From Sporopachydermia quercuum (taxonomy: Eukaryota), in the NCBI GenBank assembly GCA_001599295.1, contig BCGN01000008.1:1178001-1242000 (forward strand): 64,000 nucleotides of DNA. Direction: 5' to 3'. The notes under the pieces were generated by a model. That model saw only the letters and a list, made by a program, of their open reading frames with translations, was not told the DNA's origin and did no database searches. The translations under genes were made by a program, and so were the position numbers. Of the stretch, positions 46,635-57,817 are shown piece after piece. Within the stretch, counting starts at the first letter, position 1; every line of letters starts with the position of its first letter.

Positions 46635-49600
46635 TCAGTCAATGATAATTTTAGGTTGTTTCATGGCACCCCGGTTAAAGAAATCAGTTATAACTTTAAA
46701 CCTATCAGTAGCATCTTCTAATTCCATCTGGAACAAATCATTTCTCTCACTGAGATTCTCCTGTGCTTGTCGTATTGCTCTAATCGAATCTACTTCTGAT
46801 AGACACCTTGGACATCTAGCAACAGCAGCAGATCCATAAACAACTTCTGAATGATAAGAAGACGTTCCTATACCTCCTCCGCTTATTGAATTAATATCCT
46901 CAGAGTATCCCTCGCTCACACATCGCTGATGATATGAATGCCCACAGTTGAAATGAACTACAGGTAAATCAAGAGCAGTTCCACAAGAATTGCAATGAGA
47001 ATTCTGAACTATGATTGGTTCCGTTAATAATCTTTTCACTTCTCTTTCCTTGGCTTCTGTTTCATTCCGATAGTTCTCTGTTAATTGTCTATAATTTTCA
47101 ATTTCCTGAAGATCTTCTTCAATGTACTCAAGGAAATAGTCTTTCACCAGTCCAACAGTTGCTATGTTAGTACTGCTTAATATTTGCAATACTTCTAAAG
47201 GTTGTAGTAAGTTTCTCTCTTTGATGATCTTCAAAGTGTTCAGCACTCTATCTTCTCCGACTTCTGTGAATACTTCTTGATTTGAAACAAAGTAGTCTAA
47301 TGCTAATCCGTGCAATTCAGGTTCATCTTTCCCATATTTTTCTAATACAGCCAAAGCATCTTTAGTATTAGCACTGGCACAACAAGCTCTGAACATATCG
47401 ATTTGGTACCCAGTTTGATCTCTAGCAAGCATTTCTCCATCATCACAGCCACTGAGATTGAACAGTAGCATTAACGTAGTAGTATCCATGGATCCCTTTA
47501 TATCCTGTCCAAGTTTTTTAGCTTTCGATTCCCAAGATGCTTTCTCTTCAGGATCCAATGATAGATTAGCATTATTCAGATACATTTCCACCAGTGTGGT
47601 GAGAATATCAAGTTTGTCTTTTTCATTGCCAGCGAATTTGTCATAGCTTTCAACGCATGCCTCCAAGAAGATAATAAACTCATTTGGACGATTTACAAAC
47701 GATGGAAAAATGATCCGAGGCCTCGGAGGATGATATTGTGGCTCAGACACAGGGACCTGGTCTTCATTTTCTTCTGTATTTCGGCTTGCCATATATGAAA
47801 CAAAAGCCCTGTAGCTTTTCAGGACCGGAAACGATGTAACAGTTGAGCTTCTATTATCTCCGGTATAACTATCAGCAGAGTTAATCCCTATATTATTTAT
47901 GTTACGTGATCCAATATCATTTCCGGTTTTCCCATTGATATCTAAATCTCCAGTCTCCGGTTTTGCCTGGTATTTCCCTGTGAATATATCAATCAATAAC
48001 GCTGTGGTTTCATTAGGTAATTGATCAAGTAAAATATAGGCATGTTGAATCAATATCCGCAGCGTATCTTCAACTCCCAATGTTTTAATAAATCTTATGC
48101 ATCCTTTAGCATTCTTCAAGTTTCTTAACTGAATATCTACCGCAATACCTGGCTCCCCGTATTTCTTAGCTAATTCATATGCCTGTTGGAAATACATGCT
48201 TTGGCGACATAAATCAATCACCACATATAAATCAAACTCTGCATCTTTCATGTCCCGTCTGATAAACTCTTCCAGTTTACTTACTTGCTTTCCTTTACAA
48301 TAGCAATTCAATAGGAGTGTCACATGATCTTTGTTTGCTTCCCCAGCTTTTAGCAGGCTTTCTAAATACCATGTTAAATTCTCCACCTGTTGAGAATCTC
48401 GATACCGCAGAATAACTTCATTGCTATTCCCTAAAGGTATAGTTTTAACATACTGAGCCATTGCAGGAACATATTCTTCAACATCATATAAATGATCAGC
48501 ATACTGTTTTCTAATTTCAAGCTGCTTTTTTTTTGGCAGGTTATTATTCCTAGCAAACTGCAAGGCCATATCATATAAATTTCGTTGTAAAAGAATTGCT
48601 AATTTGGTTTCAAATGGCTTTTCATGTAATCTATAAAGGATTCCGTTTGATCCGAGAATATGTAAATCTCCCCAAAGATAGAATACCCATCTAAGAGCAT
48701 CTAAAACTTGTCCGCTGTATCCAATATATGAATACTCAACATTGACAATGCTTATACTAATCGGTCTTGCAACTGTTGAACTTGTATTGCCGGCAGAAAG
48801 CGGAGAAGATAGAGAAATAGATGATTCTTGATTAGCCGAGATTTTCCCATTAGTAATCAAAACAAGATCGGACGTGCTCTCAGACGCATATACCAATTTC
48901 TTCGGAACATCGTATACATATTCTCCTGTTTTCTGAGCTGAAGTATAGTATGTAATAGTGTCTTCGCGTGCCACTACTAATTCTTGCGTTTTCGGTAGAA
49001 TAGTACAGCATCCGACATCGCAACCTTTACTATTTTCTAGAATCATGTCCGGCTTGCCTTGATTTCGGCCCGATGTCCCAACAGTAAGAATCTTAGATGT
49101 AGTTGTTATATACAATAATAATTGCCGGGGATCCTCTCGGAACAGCAAACCTGTCACGGGTTCAGGACTTTCGTATATGATTCTTTGCCGAGATCCTCGG
49201 TCTCTAATTATATCCCCTCTGATCAAAATAACCGTTCCATTAGCATAACCTAAAGCTAAAGTAGAGAAATCCTGAGAACAGCCAAACGCTGAAATTGGGT
49301 ATTCATTTTTGTTATTATTCACCGATACTGAAGCGTGGAACTTATACTCATCAGCATGATGCTTTAACAATCGGTCAAGATCCCACAATTTAATTACAGC
49401 TGGATGCCCTTGGCGTTCTCCGACAGTACATAAAAGCGGAGTATTCGGGACATCCGCTATATGAATCACCGAATAATCTTCGGAATAAACGTGAACAGAA
49501 GCTTCAATTTTTAGGTCTTTATTCACTATTCGGATTTTACCGGAGTCATATCCCAGTACTAGGAAATCTTTAACAGGAGCTACTGAACTTAGCTCTGGAT

Positions 49601-49691
49601 CAGAATACAGCTTCCGAGATTCTCCAGACGCCGGATCTCGGATCGGAGTAAGCTCGTAGAACGGGAATTGTCTCCAGTCACCAAGTGACAT
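46635..49691 (-). CDS. PEP5: HOPS/CORVET core subunit Vps11
   Basis: Probable ATG 49691 (MSLGDWRQFPFYE). GDIIRDRGSRQR, clathrin repeat region (HVTLLLNCY), RING-H2 (CNSCGTALDLPVVHFNCGHSYHQRC...CPRC). Confidence 0.95.
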   Translation of the reverse strand: MSLGDWRQFPFYELTPIRDPASGESRKLYSDPELSSVAPVKDFLVLGYDSGKIRIVNKDLKIEASVHVYSEDYSVIHIADVPNTPLLCTVGERQGHPAVIKLWDLDRLLKHHADEYKFHASVSVNNNKNEYPISAFGCSQDFSTLALGYANGTVILIRGDIIRDRGSRQRIIYESPEPVTGLLFREDPRQLLLYITTTSKILTVGTSGRNQGKPDMILENSKGCDVGCCTILPKTQELVVAREDTITYYTSAQKTGEYVYDVPKKLVYASESTSDLVLITNGKISANQESSISLSSPLSAGNTSSTVARPISISIVNVEYSYIGYSGQVLDALRWVFYLWGDLHILGSNGILYRLHEKPFETKLAILLQRNLYDMALQFARNNNLPKKKQLEIRKQYADHLYDVEEYVPAMAQYVKTIPLGNSNEVILRYRDSQQVENLTWYLESLLKAGEANKDHVTLLLNCYCKGKQVSKLEEFIRRDMKDAEFDLYVVIDLCRQSMYFQQAYELAKKYGEPGIAVDIQLRNLKNAKGCIRFIKTLGVEDTLRILIQHAYILLDQLPNETTALLIDIFTGKYQAKPETGDLDINGKTGNDIGSRNINNIGINSADSYTGDNRSSTVTSFPVLKSYRAFVSYMASRNTEENEDQVPVSEPQYHPPRPRIIFPSFVNRPNEFIIFLEACVESYDKFAGNEKDKLDILTTLVEMYLNNANLSLDPEEKASWESKAKKLGQDIKGSMDTTTLMLLFNLSGCDDGEMLARDQTGYQIDMFRACCASANTKDALAVLEKYGKDEPELHGLALDYFVSNQEVFTEVGEDRVLNTLKIIKERNLLQPLEVLQILSSTNIATVGLVKDYFLEYIEEDLQEIENYRQLTENYRNETEAKEREVKRLLTEPIIVQNSHCNSCGTALDLPVVHFNCGHSYHQRCVSEGYSEDINSISGGGIGTSSYHSEVVYGSAAVARCPRCLSEVDSIRAIRQAQENLSERNDLFQMELEDATDRFKVITDFFNRGAMKQPKIIID

Positions 49692-50039
49692 CTTTATCAG
49701 TACTCGTTTCCTTATGATAAAAGGCATACAACGATGTATGCCAGATGTCAACTACTGACTGCTGATATTCACTGACAATTCTCTACTAGCTAGAACACTT
49801 TCTAGATGAAACTATACAGAGTTGCCATAAGATGAGTTGTATTCAGTTGGATGGTTCAAAGTATTATTGATTTGTATAAACATAAATAATCAATGAACGT
49901 CATCTAACAAATATCAATGCAATCAAAGTATGTAAAGAAATAGGGATGGAGAAGAGACGTAGGAGCTTTCGCAAATTTCCCACGTGACATAATTCATATT
50001 TATGATTATATAATCACAAATCAAAAAGAGTATAAGGTC

Positions 50040-50054
50040 TTGTTTACAAACGCG
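50040..50054. promoter_or_regulatory. Forkhead-type site (TTGTTTAC) next to an MCB-like ACGCG upstream of SPC34
   Basis: TTGTTTAC 50040-50047 and ACGCG 50050-50054; consistent with cell-cycle regulation of a kinetochore gene. Confidence 0.4.
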
Positions 50055-50292
50055 GAAGATAGAATCATATTATGATTTATAATTGTTTTCATATCTGAAG
50101 GGAGCATAATCGATTGTTTGAGTTCATTTAATTTTTTTATTTATTCTTGTTATTCTTGTCAACCACAGATATCCACTTAACAATAGAGAGATAGGGACAA
50201 CATTTTTACCTTCCCCTGCTGATCACAAGTCGTCTGTAACACATTCAAGGTATTGTATATTATTCTGGTAATAAAAGCCACCATCCATCATC

Positions 50293-51044
50293 ATGTCAAA
50301 AACCTCACTTATGTCCTACCATTTGGACAAAATATCGGAACATTCGAAGTCCTTATCAACGTTATACTTCAAAGGACCTGGCATATTCACCAATGCCATT
50401 ATTCTTAAACCAAACATCACNACACTTATTAGAGACTCAGACGAACAAGAGGAAACACTATTCAAATTAGACAAAGAAACAGGACAATTGAACTTCACTA
50501 ATAGAGTGGGCGGACCTGCGGGAAGCGAGATCAAAGAGAGAAACAGAGAGAAAGAAGTCGGTAGGAAACTCAATGTGCTACTGGAGCAAATAGCAGGAGG
50601 GAGTACAGGAAACGAATTCGGTGTGAATGTTTTTTGCGATGCAGCTGAAAAGCTTCTTCAATCATAGTACGTTTTTAGTTTTTTCGGGACTATATAAGGA
50701 GGATTCTTAATGTGATGTATAACAGTTTTACTAACATTGCTTCTAGCCCAATGGAAGGTGCTGGTGCAAGGATAAGACAATTGAGGCAACAATGGACAGA
50801 GGAGATGGAAAATGTGATGCACTATGAAGAAATTGTGGAGTCACAGAAACAGCAATTGAATGCCCTAAATATCTCGTTAAACGATGCATTGGCGTATGCT
50901 GACAAGATAAGTCAATCTTGCCGAACACAACTTGACCAAGCTGACAGGGAATCAGAACTTACTATTGAGGAGTTGATACTGAAAGAAGAAGACGAGATTT
51001 TCGAGTTGAAACAGAAACTCGTACTAATGGAACACTCAGTGTAA
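50293..51044 (+). CDS. SPC34: DASH/Dam1 complex subunit Spc34, 2 exons
   Basis: Exon1 50293-50666, intron 50667-50746 (GTACGT..TACTAAC..TAG), exon2 50747-51044. LSTLYFKGPGIFTNAI...TLIRD...AAEKLLQSY|PMEGA; coiled-coil C-terminus. Confidence 0.88.
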
Positions 51045-52592
51045 GATTACAAATTAGGCGACGAAAGATGTCTATTCAGAATATTCCATCATCTACTTAG
51101 CAGCAATCCAACTAGTTTTATACTATATTGACTCTTCTTTCATACCTCCTGTATTATAAGGATTACAATACTTTGAAATATATAGCTACTGCAGTACAAA
51201 AGAAGTATTGTCTATATATGTGAAGTGTCATGGCTACCTTGAGCATTAACTAACCTCCCAACTTCAAAAATACAACTGATTCTTTTCAATTAAGAACTCG
51301 AATAACACAATTAATAATCTCCTACTTGTTATCAACTTAGATTAGGAATCTTGCTCACTTTTGAACCAATCGATTCATCGCTTCAGTCTGTATAGGATCA
51401 GATTCCTATTCAGTCCAGACCATACTTTCTTGGTGATGGGCTTCATAACATAAGCTTCCTTTTGATGACAATAGAATAAAGGAAATTTACCAGCTGAAGG
51501 GCATTATTTCAACACAAGAACGCATGTGGTTGCCTGTTGAAACCATCAAAAAAGTATTGAGACCTTTTTCTGATTGATTTTACAGATCACATGATCAATT
51601 ATTTGTTCCTAAAAACAAAAGTAAGAATCACCGTTCAAACCATATAGAACATCATATTTCAATAGATTTTCAATATATTAACAAGTCAGGCATTATCGCA
51701 ATACAATTGTCTTGAAAAATAAGATTTAATTTTAGTATTATTTATTCTTTCATTCTTGCATTCTTTCAATCTTTCGAAGAGTCAATCAAATGGTCTTTTC
51801 TTGCTCACAATTGCCCCGGGGAGAGGAGTTTTCTCTATTACCCTCTCATGAGACATCTATTCTTCTAGTTGATTACATGATCATTAAGTTACCATTCAAT
51901 TTCACTTCTCAATTCCCCAATTTCTGCTTGGCCAGAAAAAAGATGGCCTATTATTACTAGTTGATCGGAGCCTACTGATGCAATCAAAGCACCAATTGAT
52001 TNATTTCGGAGGATTATGCTTTAGTGAGACATACCAGCATTCAGTCAGTTATCCGATAGGAGATACAACATTACTTGCATATCAATAATAACAATTAGGA
52101 AATGATCGTTTGATCTACAAACCAAGAACTCGGCCTATACCAATCTTCTCATACTTCACACTGTGCATAAATGAGTCTACAATTCACTACAGAACGTCCA
52201 ACTATCAATAAGTAAAGAACTTTTAGTACATTTGGACTATCAACAACAATATTGCATAAAAAGAGACTAAAAATCAAACATAATACTGTATGCCCAGACA
52301 ATTTTAACGGTACANNTTAATGATACCCAGATAAGTTTACATTACGTTTATGAAAAGGCTAAGTAACTAACTAGTTCACCAACCGTTCAATAAACTAATA
52401 AAATCAGCAGCAGCTTAAGAGTTCTTCAATATTATCAAGCAAAAATTAGTTCAACTGCATCTATTACATTATCCCCATCATCAACGCTACTCTATTTATT
52501 TGCCCCTATAATTTCCTCAGCATTATTGCCAACTTCACAACAGCATTTCAACGGAACTATCATCATTAACTCACATAAACCATACAAGACAA

Positions 52593-54731
52593 ATGGACGA
52601 TCTGTTCAGCTCCAAAGGCACGATAAAAGACCGCAATGTCGTCCAAACCGCTGCCAATGCTGTAGCGGCTACCAATAAATTCTCTCGTGCTGTAGCAGCT
52701 ACAGCTTCTACTCTCATGAGCTCGAAGTACTCAGGATCTCTGAACTCTGCTGATATATTACTAGCATCTTCCCCGCATTATCAGAAAGTTATGACAGATA
52801 TTACGCTATTAGGTAGGTCCAATTCAGACAACAAAAATAAAGCTGTAGGATCCTCAAACCGAAAAACCCAGGAAAACTTGCAAAAGAAGATGTTTGCCTT
52901 GACCCGAACAGCACCTTCCGAAGTATGGAGGAACGCTGTGAAGAATAGGAAACGGGATACTCGATACGATGTGCTGATGAATATACCAGATGAAATGCTG
53001 GAGTCATTACCGAATAGTGACAATACTTTCTCTCTTTTCCAAGGGTTCAATGCTGTGCTACCAGAAGTGAATGAAGAAATACAGCTAGCAAAACGTACTT
53101 TAGAAGGCTCAGAACAATTATCTCTTGGAGACGGAACGGAGGCAGATTTTGCGGGAGAGAAATTTGTGAAACCGAAAAATGCCTTTGGAGTTTCCAACAT
53201 CACCGTGGATAAAATACGACGTGAATCCTCTCCCGATTCGCTGAATAAGTATAAAGCCGATATCTATCATCATATGGACCTACTCGAGGTTCGTAAAGGA
53301 TTAGCAGCTAACGAGATTGAGGAGATTGATGCTCGGATAACTAAGTTGCAGTCTATGCGGGAAATCGTGTTTGATAGAGTTGCAGTCTTGGAACAGGAGG
53401 AGATATTTCTAGATTCACAGCTACAGGAGATTGAAGCAAAGCTTGCGGAAGCGGAAGATACTCTCGAACATTGTTCGGAAGCTAATGGAACGTCTGTTGG
53501 AACAAGTGGAAGCGGAATAAGCAAGAACTCGGAGCAAAACACTCAGTTATCACCAAAGGAATTGTCTCCAGACTGGGACGAATCACAAGCACCAAATGTA
53601 AACACATTCTCCAACGAACAGGATTTCCTATCCCAAAGCATATATAGCAAACTGCAACAGGATGCTGGTCATTCCGAAGTAAGTAGTCCTCGGACGCAAA
53701 CACGGAAGTTCAAACGCCGAGGTGGTAAATCCTCCCGCCGGAAAACCATGCCAACTCTCCAACAATACTATGAATCGGGATCCGAAATCAAGTCATTTCA
53801 AGCCCATGACGGATCAGTTACCTGTTTTGACTTTGATATTCCCTTTGGCACCCTTGTTTCAGCTTCTCTTGATGAAACTGTCCGGATATGGGATCTATCC
53901 CGAGCTAAATGCGTAGGACTTCTAGAAGGACATATAGCGCCCGTGAATGCTTTGCAAATGGAGGAATCAGTTGTAGTAACAGGCTCATCAGACACAACAT
54001 TAAAACTATGGGATCTGAGTAGAATTGGAGATCCGCAATATGAAACAGGAAACAACACCAGTGCGGCTTTGGTTCATACATTTGAATCTCACGTAGGATC
54101 AATCACAGCTATGCATTTTCATAACTATACACTAGTATCGGGATCAGCAGATAAAACAATAAGAGAATGGGATATGCAAACAGGCAGATGCAAACAAACA
54201 ATGGATGTTTTATGGGCAGCCTCAGCTAATGCTGATGATAGCATTGATAATAACCATGAAATCAACAAAAGTAACTGGCCTTTTATTGCTGCATTGCAAT
54301 GCTATGATGCAGCATTAGCTTCAGGTTCTGCTGACGGTATGGTTAGATTATGGGATCTACGAACAGGACAAGTGCATAGAACACTCACAGGACATACAGA
54401 TGCCGTCACATGCTTACAGTTTGACGAGTATTATCTAGTAACTGGTTCTTTGGATAGATTTGTTAAGATTTGGGATTTACGTACAGGATCGGTCATTGAT
54501 GGATTTGCTTATGATTCACCAATCACGTCTTTACATTTTGACTCTAGAAGAATTGTTACTAGTACAAAAGAAAATATGGTTCGTATATATGACCGAGGAA
54601 CAGAGAAGCATTGGACATGTGGAGCTGGAGCTGAGGATCCTAAGTCAGCAGTTGTTAATTATGTCAGGTATCGTGAAGGGTATTTAGTGGAAGGTCGTGC
54701 TGATGGAAAGATAGGTACGTGGGCATGTTGA
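52593..54731 (+). CDS. MDV1: Mitochondrial fission adaptor, coiled-coil plus WD40 (Mdv1/Caf4)
   Basis: FSLFQGFNA motif, coiled coil, PTLQQYY, FDFDIPFGTLVSASLD and WD40 repeats. Confidence 0.92.
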   Translation: MDDLFSSKGTIKDRNVVQTAANAVAATNKFSRAVAATASTLMSSKYSGSLNSADILLASSPHYQKVMTDITLLGRSNSDNKNKAVGSSNRKTQENLQKKMFALTRTAPSEVWRNAVKNRKRDTRYDVLMNIPDEMLESLPNSDNTFSLFQGFNAVLPEVNEEIQLAKRTLEGSEQLSLGDGTEADFAGEKFVKPKNAFGVSNITVDKIRRESSPDSLNKYKADIYHHMDLLEVRKGLAANEIEEIDARITKLQSMREIVFDRVAVLEQEEIFLDSQLQEIEAKLAEAEDTLEHCSEANGTSVGTSGSGISKNSEQNTQLSPKELSPDWDESQAPNVNTFSNEQDFLSQSIYSKLQQDAGHSEVSSPRTQTRKFKRRGGKSSRRKTMPTLQQYYESGSEIKSFQAHDGSVTCFDFDIPFGTLVSASLDETVRIWDLSRAKCVGLLEGHIAPVNALQMEESVVVTGSSDTTLKLWDLSRIGDPQYETGNNTSAALVHTFESHVGSITAMHFHNYTLVSGSADKTIREWDMQTGRCKQTMDVLWAASANADDSIDNNHEINKSNWPFIAALQCYDAALASGSADGMVRLWDLRTGQVHRTLTGHTDAVTCLQFDEYYLVTGSLDRFVKIWDLRTGSVIDGFAYDSPITSLHFDSRRIVTSTKENMVRIYDRGTEKHWTCGAGAEDPKSAVVNYVRYREGYLVEGRADGKIGTWAC

Positions 54732-55122
54732 CTAGTACTCCGGTAAGAAAGGAAAAGTGAAAAAGATTAAAATGATGTGAAGTGGAGCACTTAGATGAAT
54801 GTTCAGCTATCATATTTCTATAATCGAATGAAAACCCCATGAATATAACAATATAAGCACTTCATTCGAACTTCTGCTTTATTCCTACGGAATAGTGAAA
54901 GGAACTCGTATGAGTAGTACATCATAATATTATATAGCTTATCCTTTCCAGAATATGCCACTATACATAGAAACTGCTTTGAATGAAACAGAACTGGTTT
55001 TATTTTTTAATGAACAGTTACTGTAGAAATTTTCTTATGTATTACAGTTAACCTAGTCCTTTGCATTATATTTCTCCTACTGTCCATCCTACTTTACTCC
55101 ATTTAATCATTTTAAGATCCTC

Positions 55123-55295
55123 TATCTTCAGAAGACCCCTCTGTAGCTTGAACAATGGAAGCCATGAAAGTAAGTTATTGTTTACAATATCAATAATTTC
55201 ATATTTTTTGTGTTTATTTTCTTGTAATCTCTATATACCGTCAAGTGTTCTTCTAGCTATTATTATTATTCTTAATAGCAGAAGGATTTCATCCA
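55123..55295 (-). repeat. Dispersed ~175 bp repeat, copy B (inverted relative to 40985-41160)
   Basis: About 90% identity to copy A by hand alignment, e.g. shared ACAGAGGGGTCTTCTGAAGATA and AATTATTGATATTGTAAACAATAACTTA. Confidence 0.92.
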
Positions 55296-55719
55296 AATAC
55301 AATTGTAATTGGCATATCGCGATAAATCATTAACTCCATCCAAGTCACCTGACCTGTACTCATATGTCTTGTGNCCCATCATTTTTACCTTACATCTCAC
55401 TCCATTGTCATTCTCAAATACTCACAACAAGTTATTGTATCCACAGTATATCTCGGCACTAAGAAAGCTTGTCCCAGGATATTAACGTGGAAATTTCACG
55501 AAACACTAAAATAAAAGGCGCGATCAAATTAAACAAGTAACCATCAAGAGAATTGATCTATTCATGGTGTGATATAGATATTTATTATCATCATAACACC
55601 ATTAGAATATCTCATAATATACAATAATTAGACTAGGATTCCTCTGAAAACTCTGTTGTTTAGAAGTAGAAATCCAGTATTTTCTGCTGTATATTTAATC
55701 TTTAATCCAATCCATCTAA

Positions 55720-57445
55720 ATGTCGTTCGGAGGCCAAACCCCTACAATTGTAGTACTAAAAGAAGGTACAGACACTTCTCAAGGACGTGGCCAGATAATT
55801 GGTAACATCAATGCTTGTTTAGCTATTCAAGAGACTCTGAAAACAACTCTAGGGCCTCTTGGATCTGATGTTTTAGTATGTAAAGCTTTGTCGATGCTAA
55901 GCATGATGAATCATATGTATACTATGCTATTTACATATCACTAACATTTCTCTACAGATTGTTGGGTCAGATGGAAAGACTACGATTTCAAACGATGGTG
56001 CAACCATTTTAAACTTATTAGACATTGTTCATCCAGCCGCCAAAATATTGGTTGACATCTCCAGATCTCAAGATGCAGAAGTTGGTGATGGTACTACATC
56101 AGTCACAATTCTTGCTGGTGAACTACTTAAAGAAAGCAAAGGATTCGTAGAAGAAGGCATCTCACCATATATTATCAATAAAGGTTATAGAAAAGCAGCT
56201 CAATTGTCTGTAGCAAGAATTAGAGAACTTGCTGTATCCATAAAGAAAGATGATCCCAAAGAATTAAGAACTCTGTTAGAACGATGTGCGAAAACTGCAA
56301 TGTCATCAAAGCTGATTTATCAAAACTCACAGTTTTTCACCAAAATGGTGGTCGATGCTGTTCAAACATTAGATCCCGAAGATTTAAACGAGAACCTCAT
56401 TGGGATCAAACGAGTAGCTGGTGGCGGTTTCGAAGATTCTCTATTCGTTGATGGTGTTGCCTTCAAGAAGACTTTTTCATATGCAGGTTTTGAGCAACAG
56501 CCTAAGCATTTCAAAAACCCAAAAATTTTATCGCTGAATGTTGAGTTAGAACTGAAAGCCGAAAAGGACAATGCAGAAGTTCGTGTTGAGGAGGTTGCTA
56601 GTTATCAAGCTGTAGTTGATGCTGAATGGCAAATCATTCTCGATAAACTCAAAGCTATTGAAGAAACAGGTGCTAATATTGTATTGTCAAAACTACCGAT
56701 TGGTGATTTGGCTACTCAATATTTTGCCGATAGAAACATTTTCTGTGCTGGAAGAGTGACTTCTGATGATTTGGACCGTGTTATTCAAGCTGTAGGTGGT
56801 TCCATTCAATCTACATGTTCTGATATCAAACCAGAATATTTGGGAACCTGTGAATCATTTGAAGAACGCCAAATTGGTGGCGAAAGGTACAATTTGTTCC
56901 AAGGTTGTTCTAAAACAAAGTCCTGTACTTTAATTCTAAGAGGAGGTGCTGAACAAGTTATCGCCGAAGTTGAGAGATCTTTACATGATGCTATAATGAT
57001 TGTTAAACGAGCACTACAAAACAATGTTGTTGTTGCTGGTGGTGGTGCTATTGAGATGGAAATATCTAAATACTTACGTGATTATTCAAAGACTATTGCT
57101 GGTAAACAGCAGCTTATAATTGCTGCTTTTGCCAGAGCCCTAGAGATTATCCCTCGGCAGTTATGTGAGAACGCTGGGTTTGACGGTACCGATATTCTCA
57201 ACAGATTACGTATGTTGCACGCTAAAGGTAATACTTGGGCTGGTGTTGATTTTGTTAATGAAGATGTTACGAATAATCTTGAAGCTTTCGTTTGGGAGCC
57301 TGCCTTGGTGAAAATTAATGCTATTCAGTCTGCAACTGAAGCTGCTACTTTAATCTTGAGTGTTGATGAGACGGTGAAGAGTGAGGAAGCTCAACAAGCT
57401 ATGCAAGCACCAATGCAAGGTCGTGGTAGAGGAATTCCACGCTAA
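55720..57445 (+). CDS. CCT7: TRiC/CCT chaperonin subunit eta, 2 exons
   Basis: Exon1 55720-55875, intron 55876-55957 (GTATGT..CACTAAC..CAG), exon2 55958-57445. [39 protein letters not shown] motifs. Confidence 0.97.
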
Positions 57446-57817
57446 ACAATGGGATAGTTCGATAGTTCGTTGGATAGACAGTGATATGTTAATATAATAG
57501 GAATGAATTATCAGTGGTTTACTACTTTGTATAGATTTATGTATATGCTTGGATCATGAGCATATATGGTTAATAATGAATATATCATACTGATAATATA
57601 ATTATTATGACATGTAGTACTCCCGAGGTATTATTCTATTGTGTTTCACTGTAATAGTAACCTGTAGCCGGTATTGTTAGCAAACAACAGAAATGATCTA
57701 TCAATATCATCCAAAACATTCCAAAGTTATACCTTTTATTATCACTCTAATCATCCTTCGTGTTTATTTACATTTGAAATATTTGCGTTTGAAATAACCT
57801 GTGGCCTGCATAAACAT

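Noticed and set aside
52288..52407. Possible 5'UTR intron upstream of MDV1 (GTATGC...AACTAAC-TAG)
   Set aside because: Donor is non-consensus and branch-to-AG spacing is unlike the other introns here; insufficient support
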